DNA from: SAR86 cluster bacterium AG-390-O18 | GTDB lineage: Bacteria; Pseudomonadota; Gammaproteobacteria; Magnimaribacterales; AG-339-G14 | NCBI GenBank assembly: GCA_003279605.1 | Contig: QCHF01000002.1 | Coordinates: 456,455 to 520,454 of the forward strand | DNA: 64,000 nt | Direction: 5' to 3' | Shown: one piece after another, positions 10,663 to 21,465 of the stretch | Layout of the letters: each line of letters starts with the position of its first letter | How positions within the stretch are numbered: position 1 is the stretch's first letter | The notes under the pieces: model-generated | The model's database searches: none | What the model was told of the DNA's origin: nothing | Seen by the model: the letters and a program-made list of their open reading frames with translations, nothing else | Program-made: the position numbers and the translations under genes

Positions 10663-11136
10663 TTATAAGTTGCTATTAAAGTTCTTTGTCTTAAGCTTTT
10701 CTCTTTCCCATTCCTTTCTTTTAATACTATCTCTTTTATCAAATTTAGTTTTTCCTTGACCTAAACTAATTTTCAATTTTATTAAATTATCCTTCCAGAA
10801 AATTTTAGTAGGAATGCAAGTTAGACCTTTTTCTTGAGTAGCCTTAAAAATTTTTGATAACTCAGATTTTGTAAGTAATAGTTTCCTTACTCTTAGAGGA
10901 TCCACAGAAAAAGTTACTTCTTTGAGGGGTAAAATAGACAATCCAATTATATAAGCCTCACCTTTCTTCATTAAGATGTAACTATCCTTTAATTCTAAAC
11001 TTGAGGCCCTAATAGACTTCACTTCCCAGCCTAAAAGAGAAATTCCAGCTTCAAAACTTTCTAAAAGCTTATAGTTAAACTTTGCTTGACGATTTTCAAT
11101 GACCGGCTTTCTATTTATTTTCTTGTCTTTAGCCAT
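10663..11136 (-). CDS. smpB: SsrA-binding protein
   Basis: ENRQAKFNY, EAGISLLGWEVKSIR and GKTKFDKRDSIKRKEW motifs; adjacent to tmRNA. Confidence 0.97.
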   Translation of the reverse strand: MAKDKKINRKPVIENRQAKFNYKLLESFEAGISLLGWEVKSIRASSLELKDSYILMKKGEAYIIGLSILPLKEVTFSVDPLRVRKLLLTKSELSKIFKATQEKGLTCIPTKIFWKDNLIKLKISLGQGKTKFDKRDSIKRKEWEREKLKTKNFNSNL

Positions 11137-11184
11137 TTTACTAGACTAGTATAACTTGTTAGAAAATTTTAAGAATCATATAGA

Positions 11185-12522
11185 ATGAGTGATATAAAAA
11201 TTTGGAAAGGTAATTCAACTTTCATTCTCGCAGCAGCTGGTTCAGCTGTAGGACTTGGAAATATTTGGAAATTTCCTTATATGGTCGGTTCTAATGGAGG
11301 CAGTGCTTTTGTTATTGTCTATTTAATTTGTATATTGGTTATAGGATTGCCTGTAATGGCATCTGAAATATTAATTGGGAAGTATGGTAGAAAAAGCCCT
11401 ATTAATTCTTTAAAAAAATTATCTAAGGATTTAAATCTTAATAAAAATTGGTATTTCCTTGGCGTCTTAGGAGCAATAGCCGGTTTACTAATACTTTCAT
11501 ATTATAGTGTTTTTGCCGGGATGGCTTTTTCATATATTTTTAAAATATTTCCTTCTGGCTTAGAAAATCCATCAAATTACTCTTCCAATTATTTTGGAAG
11601 TTTATCTTCATCTCCAGTGATACTAATTTTTTGGCACTCTATATTTCTTTTTTTTACATGCTTGATCGTTGGATTTGGAGTAGTAAAAGGAATTGGAAGA
11701 TCAGTGAATATTTTGATGCCTTTTCTTTTTATTTTTCTATTGGCGGTATCTGCTTATTCAGCATATGTAGGAGATTTGAAAAGTACTTTAAATTTTTTAT
11801 TTTTTCCAAATTTTTCTGCTTTAACTCCTGAAGTAATTTTAAGCGCAATGGGTCAAGCTTTCTTTTCATTATCAATTGGAATGGGAGCAATTATGGCTTA
11901 TGGAGCATATATGCCAGAAAAACAAGTTATTGGAAAAACAGTATTAACAATTATTTTTTTAGATACTTTTGTTGCCATTGCAGCTGGAATAGCAATATTT
12001 CCGATTGTTTTCAGTAATGAATATTTAGAAATATCTGCCGGACCTGGATTGATATTTGAAACTTTACCAGTTGCATTTTATTCCTTACCTTTTGGAGAAT
12101 TATTTTCAATAATATTTTTTATTCTTATTTCGATTGCTGCCTTGAGTTCATCTATTTCACTTCTAGAGCCTTTTACCGCATGGATAGAAGAGAGAAAAAT
12201 CATCAAAAGGAAAATCATTGTCTTGTTGCTAGGCCTTTCAACTTGGATTTTAGGCTTAGGTAGTATTTTTTCTTTTAATATTTGGTCTGAAATTACTTTT
12301 CTTGGATTAAATTTTCTAGAACTTCTAGATTATTTGACAAATAATATAATGCTTCCTTTAGGAGGCTTTTTAGTTGCTATTTTAGTCGGGTGGCTAATTT
12401 CCGAAGATTTTCTTCAAAAAAATATAAAAATGAACCATTTACAATTTTCTGTTTTTAAATTTTTCTTAAAATATGTTTCAGCTGGATCTATTGTTCTAAT
12501 TTTCTTTTACTCTGTTCTTTAG
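11185..12522 (+). CDS. Sodium-dependent transporter, NSS/SNF (LeuT-like) family
   Basis: FILAAAGSAVGLGNIWKFPY and GQAFFSLSIGMG motifs; many TM segments. Confidence 0.95.
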   Translation: MSDIKIWKGNSTFILAAAGSAVGLGNIWKFPYMVGSNGGSAFVIVYLICILVIGLPVMASEILIGKYGRKSPINSLKKLSKDLNLNKNWYFLGVLGAIAGLLILSYYSVFAGMAFSYIFKIFPSGLENPSNYSSNYFGSLSSSPVILIFWHSIFLFFTCLIVGFGVVKGIGRSVNILMPFLFIFLLAVSAYSAYVGDLKSTLNFLFFPNFSALTPEVILSAMGQAFFSLSIGMGAIMAYGAYMPEKQVIGKTVLTIIFLDTFVAIAAGIAIFPIVFSNEYLEISAGPGLIFETLPVAFYSLPFGELFSIIFFILISIAALSSSISLLEPFTAWIEERKIIKRKIIVLLLGLSTWILGLGSIFSFNIWSEITFLGLNFLELLDYLTNNIMLPLGGFLVAILVGWLISEDFLQKNIKMNHLQFSVFKFFLKYVSAGSIVLIFFYSVL

Positions 12523-12862
12523 ATTTTTCTTTAAGGTTTTCATTAACTTCAGAAGCTATTTTTTTATTCCAATTTACCAATTTATTTTCTTCGAAAACTA
12601 AAGTGTGGTGAACATTACTTCTCTTATTTTCTCCAATAATTTCAAATCCAATATAATCCCACCTATTCGAATTAAAAGGATCCTTAATTGATGGTGTTCC
12701 CATTATGTACCTTACTTGAGCCTTTGTTAGTCCTGATTCTAATTTATCAAGCATAGACGCACTAATTATATTTCCTTGTGCCACTGGAACTTGATAAAAG
12801 TTGCTTGCACAGGAATATATAAAAAATACAGTTATAATAGAAAAAAATTTGAATAACTTCAT
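12488..12862 (-). CDS. bamE: Outer membrane protein assembly lipoprotein BamE (SmpA/OmlA)
   Basis: Lipobox IYSC, QGN, GLTKAQVRYIMGTP and DPFNSNRWDY motifs; divergent from fur. Confidence 0.93.
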   Translation of the reverse strand: MKLFKFFSIITVFFIYSCASNFYQVPVAQGNIISASMLDKLESGLTKAQVRYIMGTPSIKDPFNSNRWDYIGFEIIGENKRSNVHHTLVFEENKLVNWNKKIASEVNENLKEKSKEQSKRKLEQ

Positions 12863-12889
12863 TAGATGATTTAATCATATTTATTAAAA

Positions 12890-13303
12890 ATGAGCGAAGA
12901 TAAAAATATAAGAAAAGCTGGCCTTAAAGTTACTTTGCCAAGAGTAAGAATTTTAGAAATATTTGAACAGTCAAAAGAAAGACATTTAAGTGCTGAAGAT
13001 ATTTATAATAAAATAAGAGAATCTGGTGATGAAGTCGGCTTAGCTACTGTTTATAGAGTGCTTACTCAATTTGAGTCTGCTGGAATCTTGATGAAACAAA
13101 ATTTTGAAGATAACTTCTCAGTTTATGAACTTGTCTCCGATGATCATCACGACCATATGGTTTGCATAGACTCTGGAAAAGTAATTGAGTTTAAAAACGA
13201 TTTAATTGAAGAAGAGCAGGATAAAATTGCAAAAGAACATGGTTACAAAATTGTTGATCATAAATTAGTTTTATATGTAAAACCTTTAGATGGCGAAAAA
13301 TAA
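12890..13303 (+). CDS. fur: Ferric uptake regulator
   Basis: GLKVTLPRVRIL, HLSAEDIY, GLATVYRVL and HHDHMVC motifs. Confidence 0.97.
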   Translation: MSEDKNIRKAGLKVTLPRVRILEIFEQSKERHLSAEDIYNKIRESGDEVGLATVYRVLTQFESAGILMKQNFEDNFSVYELVSDDHHDHMVCIDSGKVIEFKNDLIEEEQDKIAKEHGYKIVDHKLVLYVKPLDGEK

Positions 13304-13838
13304 AAAACAGAAAGCAGATAATAAATCTAGCGATATTAGTTCTGACAAAGAACCTAGCCCAGAGGAAACCACCGAAAGCAAAAAATTCTCTGAAAATGAA
13401 GTTGAAATTGTAGCCTCTTTAGAAAAGATCAAAGCTCTTGAAGAAAAAGTTTTAAGGGCACATGCAGAAGTGGAAAATGTGAGAAGAGTTTCTCAAAAAG
13501 AAATTCTTAAATCAAGAGCCTTTTCATCAGAGCTAATAACTAAAGATCTTCTCTCTCCTATAGATAACTTGGAAAGATCTTTACAACATTCTGATCAAGA
13601 AATTCCAAGAAGTCTGATTGAACTTGTTTTAAAGGAAATTTCGCAGGCCTTATCCAATAATAATATTGAAGAAATTAAACCTTTAGGGGACAAATTTGAT
13701 CCGAATTTTCATGAAGCTTTAACAATAAAGGAAGATAAATCTAAGCAAGCTGACGAAATTTTAGAAGTTGTTCAAAAAGGTTACAAAATTCAAGAAAGAG
13801 TTATCAGACCAGCTCTAGTAATAGTTAATAAAATTTAG
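13290..13838 (+). CDS. grpE: Nucleotide exchange factor GrpE
   Basis: LRAHAEVENVRR, FDPNFHEA and QKGYKIQERVIRPALVIV motifs. Confidence 0.95.
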   Translation: MAKNKKQKADNKSSDISSDKEPSPEETTESKKFSENEVEIVASLEKIKALEEKVLRAHAEVENVRRVSQKEILKSRAFSSELITKDLLSPIDNLERSLQHSDQEIPRSLIELVLKEISQALSNNNIEEIKPLGDKFDPNFHEALTIKEDKSKQADEILEVVQKGYKIQERVIRPALVIVNKI

Positions 13839-13845
13839 TTTTTTC

Positions 13846-13871
13846 CTTGTTTTTTTTCTCTTTAACCCCAT
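13846..13871 (+). promoter_or_regulatory. Candidate sigma32 (RpoH) heat-shock promoter of dnaK
   Basis: CTTGTT (13846-13851), 14 nt, CCCCAT (13866-13871); consensus is CTTGAA-N13-15-CCCCAT. Confidence 0.7.
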
Positions 13872-13902
13872 AAAAAGGGAAGGCAATGTTATGGAGTGAA
13901 TA

Positions 13903-15822
13903 ATGTCAAAAATTATAGGTATAGACTTAGGTACAACAAACTCTTGTGTATCTATTTTAGAGAGCGGAAAGCCAAAAATAATCGAAAATTCTGAGGGCGA
14001 TCGCACTACACCATCTGTAGTAGCATATACTGATAACGAAACTATTGTAGGGCAAAGTGCTAAGCGTCAAGCAGTAACTAATCCCGAAAATACTCTTTAT
14101 GCAATTAAAAGGTTGATCGGAAGGAAGTTTGACGGAGAGATAAAAAAAGAGGCAGAGTCTACTCCTTTCAAAATAATAAAAGCAGATAACGGGGATGCTT
14201 GGGTTGAAGTTAAAGGAGAAAAACTTGCACCCCAGCAAATTTCAGCCCAAGTTCTTACAAAGATGAAGAAATCAGCCGAAGATTATTTGGGTCACGAGAT
14301 TAAGGAGGCTGTAATAACAGTGCCAGCATATTTCAATGATTCTCAAAGGCAAGCTACTAAAGATGCAGGAAAAATTGCAGGTCTTGAAGTTAAAAGAATT
14401 ATAAATGAGCCTACTGCTGCTGCCTTAGCATTCGGCATGGACAAAAAAACTGGAGACCAAAAAGTTGCAGTTTATGACTTAGGCGGAGGAACTTTTGATA
14501 TTTCTATCATTGAACTGGCTGAAATTGATGGAGAAAAGCAGTTTGAAGTTCTTTCAACTAACGGAGATACTTCATTAGGAGGAGAGGATTTTGATAATGT
14601 TCTAATTGAGCATCTAGTTTCAGAATTTAAAAAAGAGCAGAATTTCGACTTAACTCAAGATTCCTCAGCAATTCAGAGATTAAAAGAAGCAGCTGAAAAG
14701 GCGAAAATAGAACTTTCTTCAAATCAGCAAACTGAAATCAATCTCCCATACATTACTGCAGATTCTTCAGGGCCAAAACACTTACTTTTGAAACTTACTA
14801 GAGCAAAATTAGAGTCTTTAGTTGGTGATCTGGTCTCTAAAACTTTAAAGCCCGTCGAAATTGCTCTTAATGATGCAAAGCTTTCTACATCAGACATTAG
14901 TGATGTAATTTTGGTAGGAGGCCAAACAAGAATGCCTCTTGTTCAAGAAAAAGTTAAGGATTTCTTTGGAAAAGATCCTAGAAAAGATATCAATCCTGAT
15001 GAGGCTGTTGCTGCTGGAGCAGCAATTCAAGGAGCGGTTCTTTCAGGAGATGTAACTGACATTCTCTTACTTGACGTAACTCCTTTAACCCTTGGAATTG
15101 AAACAATGGGAGGAGTGATGACTCCTTTAATAGAAAAAAATACAACTATTCCAACAAATAAATCTCAAATCTTTTCAACTGCTGAAGATAACCAGACAGC
15201 AGTTACAGTGAATGTTGTTCAGGGAGAAAGAAAACAAGCTAAGGACAATAAACAACTTGGTTTATTTAATCTTGACGGTATTCCTGCTGCACCCAGAGGG
15301 ATGCCTCAAATTGAAGTTTCTTTTGACATAGATGCAAACGGTATTCTTAACGTATCAGCTAAAGATAAGGCTACAAATAAAGAGCAGTCTATAACCATTC
15401 AAGCTTCAAGTGGTTTATCAGATGAGGAAATTGAAAAAATGGTTCAGGATGCTGAAGCAAATGCAGAAGAAGATAAGAAATTTGAAGGACTTGTTCAAGC
15501 TAAAAATGCTGCAGATACTTTAATACACGGCTGCAAGAAGACCTTAGAAGAGTCTGCTGACAAAGTTGAAGATGCCGAGAAAGAAAGTATTGAAAGTGCT
15601 ATATCGAACCTTGAAGAAGCTTTGAAAGGTGAAGATAAGGATGATATTGAAGAAAAAACAAAAGCTCTTGCTGATGCTTCTTCCTCATTAGCTCAAAGAC
15701 TTTATGCTGAGCAACAACAAAATACCCAAGAAAACCAAGATAATCCAGAAGCTAATGAATCGAATTCTGATGCTGAAGTCGTTGATGCTGATTTTGAAGA
15801 AGTAAAAGAAGAGAAAAATTAA
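13903..15822 (+). CDS. dnaK: Chaperone DnaK (Hsp70)
   Basis: [30 protein letters not shown] and VVDADFEEV motifs. Confidence 0.99.
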   Translation: MSKIIGIDLGTTNSCVSILESGKPKIIENSEGDRTTPSVVAYTDNETIVGQSAKRQAVTNPENTLYAIKRLIGRKFDGEIKKEAESTPFKIIKADNGDAWVEVKGEKLAPQQISAQVLTKMKKSAEDYLGHEIKEAVITVPAYFNDSQRQATKDAGKIAGLEVKRIINEPTAAALAFGMDKKTGDQKVAVYDLGGGTFDISIIELAEIDGEKQFEVLSTNGDTSLGGEDFDNVLIEHLVSEFKKEQNFDLTQDSSAIQRLKEAAEKAKIELSSNQQTEINLPYITADSSGPKHLLLKLTRAKLESLVGDLVSKTLKPVEIALNDAKLSTSDISDVILVGGQTRMPLVQEKVKDFFGKDPRKDINPDEAVAAGAAIQGAVLSGDVTDILLLDVTPLTLGIETMGGVMTPLIEKNTTIPTNKSQIFSTAEDNQTAVTVNVVQGERKQAKDNKQLGLFNLDGIPAAPRGMPQIEVSFDIDANGILNVSAKDKATNKEQSITIQASSGLSDEEIEKMVQDAEANAEEDKKFEGLVQAKNAADTLIHGCKKTLEESADKVEDAEKESIESAISNLEEALKGEDKDDIEEKTKALADASSSLAQRLYAEQQQNTQENQDNPEANESNSDAEVVDADFEEVKEEKN

Positions 15823-15841
15823 TTCCTCTTAATAATACATC

Positions 15842-16918
15842 ATGAGTAAGAAAGACTATTATGATGTTTTAGGCGTTGGTAGGAGCGCTACAAAAGATGA
15901 GTTAAAAAAAGCTTATCGAAAATTAGCTATGAAATATCATCCGGATCGAAATCCAGATGATTCTAAAGCCGCTGAAAAATTCAAAGAGCTCTCTGAGGCT
16001 TATGAAATTCTCTCTGACGATCAAAAAAGACAGACCTATGATAACTTCGGTCATGATGGTGTAAATTCCTCATTTAATACTTCCCAAGGAGCAGCGGATG
16101 CTTTTAGCGATATATTTGGTGATATATTTTCAGATATTTTCGGAGGTTCCTCGGAAAGAAGAGCCTCTTCTAGAGGAGCTGATTTAAGTTATAACTTAGA
16201 GGTCTCGCTCGAGGAAGCAGTTTTTGGTAAATCTCTTAATATTGAAATTCCTTCAAAAGAAAGGTGTAACGGCATATGGAATAGATGCTCATACTGCGGC
16301 GGTACTGGAGTGATAAGACAACAACAGGGTTTTTTCTCAATGCAGCAGACATGTCCCCATTGTAGAGGGGAAGGAGAAATACACGATCCTAATTGTTCTA
16401 TATGTAATGGAGTTGGCTACATAAATAAAAATAAAAAACTTTCTGTAAAAATTCCTGCAGGAGTTGACGATGGCGACAGAATTAGACTTTCAGGAGAAGG
16501 AGAGATAGGTCGGGGAGGAAATAGAGGAGATCTTTATATTTCTATAAACGTTAAAAGGCATTCTATTTTTGAAAGAGATGGAAAACACCTCTATTGTGAA
16601 GTTCCCTTAGATTTTGTAGATGCTGCATTGGGTGGATCGATAGAAGTCCCCACACTTGTCAGTAAAGCAAAAATAAAAATACCTTCTGGAACTCAAAGCC
16701 ATAAGATTTTTAGGCTTAATGGCAAAGGTATTAAACCTCTAAGAGGCGGATCTGTAGGAGATATTCTTGTTAGGGTAATAGTTGAAGTTCCAGTAAACTT
16801 AAACTCCGAGCAAAAAAATCTTTTGAACAAATTTAAAGAAAACATGTCTCATGAAAATAACTCACCTTTGATGAGTTCTTGGCTAAATTCGGCTAAAGCC
16901 TTTTTTAAAAATTTATGA
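15842..16918 (+). CDS. dnaJ: Chaperone DnaJ with an atypical zinc finger
   Basis: J domain with HPD, DIF repeats and three intact CxxCxGxG motifs; follows dnaK. Confidence 0.97.
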   Translation: MSKKDYYDVLGVGRSATKDELKKAYRKLAMKYHPDRNPDDSKAAEKFKELSEAYEILSDDQKRQTYDNFGHDGVNSSFNTSQGAADAFSDIFGDIFSDIFGGSSERRASSRGADLSYNLEVSLEEAVFGKSLNIEIPSKERCNGIWNRCSYCGGTGVIRQQQGFFSMQQTCPHCRGEGEIHDPNCSICNGVGYINKNKKLSVKIPAGVDDGDRIRLSGEGEIGRGGNRGDLYISINVKRHSIFERDGKHLYCEVPLDFVDAALGGSIEVPTLVSKAKIKIPSGTQSHKIFRLNGKGIKPLRGGSVGDILVRVIVEVPVNLNSEQKNLLNKFKENMSHENNSPLMSSWLNSAKAFFKNL

Positions 16919-17676
16919 CAAATTTTCAAAATGACTTAATTCTTGTCGGTGCCACAGGAAAGTTGGGCACTTCTATCTTGCGGACCAATAAAGTATCTTA
17001 TGGCACTTGTTCATCAGAAAACCCTCTTTTAGGAAAAAAAATAGATAACTTGGCTCATCCTCTGTTAAGTTCTCTCTCAGAAATACCAAAGGATAAATTA
17101 AATAGATCTATAGTAATTGATGCTTCATCTCCAGAAAATTTTTCAAATGTCCATGAGTTTTGTCTTTCTAATAAAATTCCTCTGGTGCTAGCTTCAACAG
17201 GACATAGCTCTGAACAGATAGAAAATTTAAAAAGTTTGTCTGAAGATATAGCTATACTTCATGCTCCAAATCTAAGCAGAGGAATTGCTTTTTTTAAATC
17301 AAAGATTCTTAAAACTATTATTGATGACATTGCTAAAAACTCAATTAATAATTCTCACATTAACTACTCTGTAAAGATTATAGAAATACACCATGATAAA
17401 AAGAAAGATGCTCCATCTGGAACAGCACTAGACTTGAAGCAATTTATAGAATTTCATCTTGGTAAAGATATTGATATAAAAATTGAATCTCTTCGAGATA
17501 AGTCTTCTGTGGGAAGGCATGAAGTAATATTTCGGTTTGATAATGAAGAAATTTTTGTCACCCATAATGCATTAAGCAGAGACATCTTTGGTGAAGGCGT
17601 AAGGCATAGTCATTTTTTGCATCAAAAAAAACCGGGCTTATATAGCGTAGAAGACCTCTTAACAGAAGATAATTAA
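16915..17676 (+). CDS. dapB: 4-hydroxy-tetrahydrodipicolinate reductase, divergent
   Basis: [22 protein letters not shown] and [10 protein letters not shown] motifs; dnaJ-dapB synteny. Confidence 0.9.
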   Translation: MTNFQNDLILVGATGKLGTSILRTNKVSYGTCSSENPLLGKKIDNLAHPLLSSLSEIPKDKLNRSIVIDASSPENFSNVHEFCLSNKIPLVLASTGHSSEQIENLKSLSEDIAILHAPNLSRGIAFFKSKILKTIIDDIAKNSINNSHINYSVKIIEIHHDKKKDAPSGTALDLKQFIEFHLGKDIDIKIESLRDKSSVGRHEVIFRFDNEEIFVTHNALSRDIFGEGVRHSHFLHQKKPGLYSVEDLLTEDN

Positions 17677-17680
17677 TCTC

Positions 17681-17713
17681 TTTATTCTTAATTTGGAATA
17701 TGTTCTAATTCGC
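17681..17713 (+). promoter_or_regulatory. Candidate extended -10 promoter of rpsB
   Basis: TG-T-TCTAAT (17701-17709) followed by TCGC; weak -35 TTTATT 17 nt upstream. Confidence 0.45.
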
Positions 17714-17737
17714 TTTCTCATTAATGTAGAGAAAAAA

Positions 17738-17822
17738 ATACGCACTCGTTTGGATAGAGTATTAGGGTGCTGTCATTGCTCAATGTCAGTTTAATACTTA
17801 GCCTCGAGGAGGAATAACCCAG
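17738..17822 (+). ncRNA. rpsB leader (t44-like S2 autoregulatory cis-RNA)
   Basis: GGGTG and GAGGAATAACCC blocks plus AGTATTA/TAATACT pairing, resembling the E. coli rpsB leader (GGGGTG...GGAGGCATAACCCC). Confidence 0.8.
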
Positions 17823-17851
17823 CCTAAAGGCTATAAAAAAAGGAGCAATTT

Positions 17852-18652
17852 ATGGATATCTCCATAGAACAAATGTTAAAAGCCGGAGTTCATTTCGGAC
17901 ATCAAACCAGATTTTGGAATCCTAAAATGGAAAAATACATCTTTGGAGACAGAAATAAAGTTCATATTATCAATTTAGAAAAAACTTTAGAGTGTCTAAA
18001 CCCTGCTATTGAGTTTTGTAAAAAGCTCTCTGCCTCTAATAATCGAATTCTTTTTGTGGGAACTAAAAGAGCTGCCAGAAGAGTCATAAAAGAAGAAGCT
18101 GAGAGATGCAATATGCCTTTCATTAACTATAGATGGCTTGGTGGGATGCTCACAAACTACAAAACTGTAAGATCTTCAATCAGAAGGCTTGAAATTCTAA
18201 ATACTCAGGAAGAAGAGGGTAAATTTGCGGATTTAACAAAGAAAGAGGTTTTAGGTATCAGAAGAGAAATGGAAAAGCTCGATCGTTCAATTGGTGGAAT
18301 AAAGAATATCGGAGGTCTCCCAGAAGCTCTTTTTGTAGTTGATGTAGAAAATGAAAAAATAGCAATAGCTGAAGCAAAAAAAATGGGAATTCCCATTATA
18401 GGAATAGTTGATACTAATTCAAACCCAGATAATGTAGATTTTATTATTCCAGGTAATGATGATGCTATTAGGTCAATTTCTTTAATTTCTAGAATAATTT
18501 CAAACGCATGCCTTGAAGGAGCTGAAATGTCAGGATCAACCAGAACCTCTAAAGATGGTCCTGTAGTTGTTAAAAAATCTTCTCAAGAAGAAGAAGTTCA
18601 AACCAAAAGTAGCAAGCAGGAAGAAACAAAAGAATCAACTGAGGATAAATAA
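17852..18652 (+). CDS. rpsB: 30S ribosomal protein S2
   Basis: [28 protein letters not shown] and [10 protein letters not shown] motifs. Confidence 0.99.
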   Translation: MDISIEQMLKAGVHFGHQTRFWNPKMEKYIFGDRNKVHIINLEKTLECLNPAIEFCKKLSASNNRILFVGTKRAARRVIKEEAERCNMPFINYRWLGGMLTNYKTVRSSIRRLEILNTQEEEGKFADLTKKEVLGIRREMEKLDRSIGGIKNIGGLPEALFVVDVENEKIAIAEAKKMGIPIIGIVDTNSNPDNVDFIIPGNDDAIRSISLISRIISNACLEGAEMSGSTRTSKDGPVVVKKSSQEEEVQTKSSKQEETKESTEDK

Positions 18653-19507
18653 ATGACAATAAAAGCACAAGACGTAAAAGAGCTTAGGGAGAAAACAGGC
18701 TTGGGCATGATGGAATGTAAAAAAGCTCTTGAACAAGCAAATGGAAATTTAGAGGAAGCAATTAAAAATTTACGAAAAAGCAGTGCTTTGAAAGCTGAAA
18801 AAAAAGCTTCAAGAACTGCTGTTGAGGGGATAATTACTTCTAAAACATCCAACAAAGAAATTACTTTTCTAGAAGTTAATTGCGAAACTGATTTTGTTGC
18901 TAAAGATGAAAATTTTATCAATTTCTGTGAAGAAACTTTAAAAGTTGCTGTTGATACTTCTTCGAAAGAAAATTTATTGGATGAAGTTTCTCAAGCTATG
19001 GAAAAGCAAAGAATGTCTTTGGTTCAGAAAATCGGCGAAAACATAATTATCAGAAAGGTAAAAAAAATTACTGGAGAAGTTTTAGAATCATATATTCATT
19101 CAAATAAAAAAATAGCTGCCGGTGTTTCTTTAGAGCAAGGTAATCCAGAGATTGCTAAAGAATTGGCTATGCATATAGCTGCAACTAATCCTATAGTTTT
19201 GTCTCCAGAAGATTTGGATGAATCCTATATAAATTCTGAAAGAGAAATATTTAAATCACAGGTCGAAAAGGAAGATAAGCCTGAAGAAATCAAAGAAAAA
19301 ATGATTCAGGGTAAATTAAACAAACAGCTTGCTGATGTGAGCTTATTGAAACAACCTTTTGTCAAAGATCCTTCTAAGAGTGTTGAAGCATTTCTTTCTG
19401 ATTCGAATGCAAAAATATCTTCGTTCGTAAGAATTGAAGTTGGTGAAGGTATAGAGGTTGAAAAGAAGGATTTTGCAGAGGAAGTTCAGTCTCAACTTGA
19501 AGGATAA
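18653..19507 (+). CDS. tsf: Elongation factor Ts
   Basis: VKELREKTGLGMMECKKAL, EVNCETDFVA and AMHIAA motifs. Confidence 0.99.
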   Translation: MTIKAQDVKELREKTGLGMMECKKALEQANGNLEEAIKNLRKSSALKAEKKASRTAVEGIITSKTSNKEITFLEVNCETDFVAKDENFINFCEETLKVAVDTSSKENLLDEVSQAMEKQRMSLVQKIGENIIIRKVKKITGEVLESYIHSNKKIAAGVSLEQGNPEIAKELAMHIAATNPIVLSPEDLDESYINSEREIFKSQVEKEDKPEEIKEKMIQGKLNKQLADVSLLKQPFVKDPSKSVEAFLSDSNAKISSFVRIEVGEGIEVEKKDFAEEVQSQLEG

Positions 19508-19532
19508 TAATCTTTTTTTATAGATAATTAGA

Positions 19533-20090
19533 ATGATTAACGAAACTAAATCTGAAACTGAAGAGCAAATGAATAAAACTATTTTATCTTTAGAAAAAAA
19601 ACTCCAAAGGATAAGAACGGGAAGAGCTAACCCATCTTTATTGGAATCAGTTGAAGTAGATTATTATGGTTCAAATACTCCGATAAGTCAGATGAGCAAT
19701 ATTTCAGTAGAGGATGCCAGGACTTTATCAATAGTTCCATGGGAAAAGGATCAGGTACAAAATATTGAGAAAGCTATCCAATCTTCAGATATTGGTCTTC
19801 AGCCTGCTACTTCAGGAGACGTGATAAGAGTTATCATTCCCGAGCTAACTGAAGAGACCAGAAAAGATTTAATTAAGGTTGCTAAATCTGAGGCAGAAAA
19901 CTCAAAAGTTTCTATAAGAAATCAGAGAAGAGATGCAAATGCTATGTTAAAGGAATTCTGCAACGAAAAAGAAATCTCTCAGGATGATCTAAGACGTGGC
20001 GAAGAAATTATTCAGAATCTCACCGATAACTATGTAACCAAGATAGACTTACTTCTTGAGAAAAAAGAAAAAGATCTTTTAGAAATTTAA
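19533..20090 (+). CDS. frr: Ribosome recycling factor
   Basis: IRTGRANPSLL, PELTEETRKDL and SIRNQRRDAN motifs. Confidence 0.98.
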   Translation: MINETKSETEEQMNKTILSLEKKLQRIRTGRANPSLLESVEVDYYGSNTPISQMSNISVEDARTLSIVPWEKDQVQNIEKAIQSSDIGLQPATSGDVIRVIIPELTEETRKDLIKVAKSEAENSKVSIRNQRRDANAMLKEFCNEKEISQDDLRRGEEIIQNLTDNYVTKIDLLLEKKEKDLLEI

Positions 20091-20092
20091 AA

Positions 20093-20785
20093 ATGAAAAA
20101 TCTCAACCATCTTGCGGTAATCATGGATGGAAATAACAGGTGGGCGTCAAGCAGAAACCTTCCTTCAAAAGCTGGGCATAAAGAAGGTGTAAAAAAAGCT
20201 AGATTAGCAGTTGAGTATGCCTTAGAAAAAAAAATCGATTATCTTACTTTATTTGCTTTCAGCACAGAAAATTGGCTAAGAGAGGAAGTAGAAGTTAGAG
20301 ATTTAATCAGTTTGTTCTTTGATGCATTAGAAGAACAGACTCCAGAACTTAGGGAGGAAAAAGTTAAGTTAAATTTTATTGGAGATATTTCAAGGTTTAA
20401 CAAAAAATTAATAAAACAAATTGAAAAATCAAAAAAACTAACCGAGGAATATAAACCGAAGCTTAATTTAATAATTGCTGCTAGCTACGGAGGAAAGTGG
20501 GACATAATAAATGCGGTCAAAAAATTTTATGCAGACAAAAAAGGTAAAGAGTTAAATGAAAATTCTTTAGAAGATTATCTAGAAACAAAAAGTTTTCCTA
20601 ATCCAGATTTAATAATAAGGTCTGGAGGAGAACAAAGACTGAGTAATTTCTACCTTTGGCAGTCTTCATACTCTGAGCTCTATTTTTCTGAAAAACTTTG
20701 GCCTGATTTTAATAAAAAAGATTTTGAAAAGGCTATCGAGGACTTTTTAACTAGAAAGAGAAAGTTCGGAGTAGAAACAGGATAA
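20093..20785 (+). CDS. uppS: Undecaprenyl diphosphate synthase
   Basis: HLAVIMDGNNRWA, FAFSTENW and IRSGGEQRLSNFYLWQ motifs. Confidence 0.97.
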   Translation: MKNLNHLAVIMDGNNRWASSRNLPSKAGHKEGVKKARLAVEYALEKKIDYLTLFAFSTENWLREEVEVRDLISLFFDALEEQTPELREEKVKLNFIGDISRFNKKLIKQIEKSKKLTEEYKPKLNLIIAASYGGKWDIINAVKKFYADKKGKELNENSLEDYLETKSFPNPDLIIRSGGEQRLSNFYLWQSSYSELYFSEKLWPDFNKKDFEKAIEDFLTRKRKFGVETG

Positions 20786-20787
20786 GT

Positions 20788-21465
20788 ATGAAAAGAGTTT
20801 TCACAGGATTGATTTTGGGCCTTTTTGCACTTTTTTTCGTTTTTTTCACTAGCGACACTCTCTTTCAAATAATCTTGACTGGCATATTAGGATATTCCCT
20901 TTTTGAGTTATTAAGAATAAAAGCAGAAAGAAGCTTCTTTGTATGGATTATATTTATTATGATTCTTATCAATATATCTTTAATCTTTTCGATAGCGAAC
21001 TCATCTGGTAGAAGCTTTTTTTTTACCGCATTATTAATTTCCGTATTCACGGATATTTTTGCTTTAGTCTTCGGAAAACTTTTGGGTAAAAGATTTATCT
21101 TTCCTTCTATTAGTCCAAACAAAACCTTAGAAGGAACTATATTAGGATTAGTGATTCCAAGTTTCTTATTCCTCTTTTTTGGATATTTGTTCATTGAAGT
21201 TGAAATAATAGGATCAGAGGTTTTTTCAGAATTTCTAGTTATATCTCTATTTATTGATTCATACGGGTATCTCATAACTTTTTTTATAATTCTGATTTCT
21301 TCTTTAGCAAGTATTTCTGGAGACTTGTTAGCTAGTAAATCAAAAAGATTAATGGGTGTTAAGGATTTTGGAAATTTGTTGCCAGGGCATGGCGGTGTAC
21401 TTGATAGAATAGATAGTCACGTTATTTGCATACCCGTTTTTTTTATTTTTTATAGCCTAATTTAA
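20788..21465 (+). CDS. cdsA: Phosphatidate cytidylyltransferase
   Basis: ISPNKTLEG and KRLMGVKDFGNLLPGHGGVLDRIDS motifs. Confidence 0.95.
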   Translation: MKRVFTGLILGLFALFFVFFTSDTLFQIILTGILGYSLFELLRIKAERSFFVWIIFIMILINISLIFSIANSSGRSFFFTALLISVFTDIFALVFGKLLGKRFIFPSISPNKTLEGTILGLVIPSFLFLFFGYLFIEVEIIGSEVFSEFLVISLFIDSYGYLITFFIILISSLASISGDLLASKSKRLMGVKDFGNLLPGHGGVLDRIDSHVICIPVFFIFYSLI

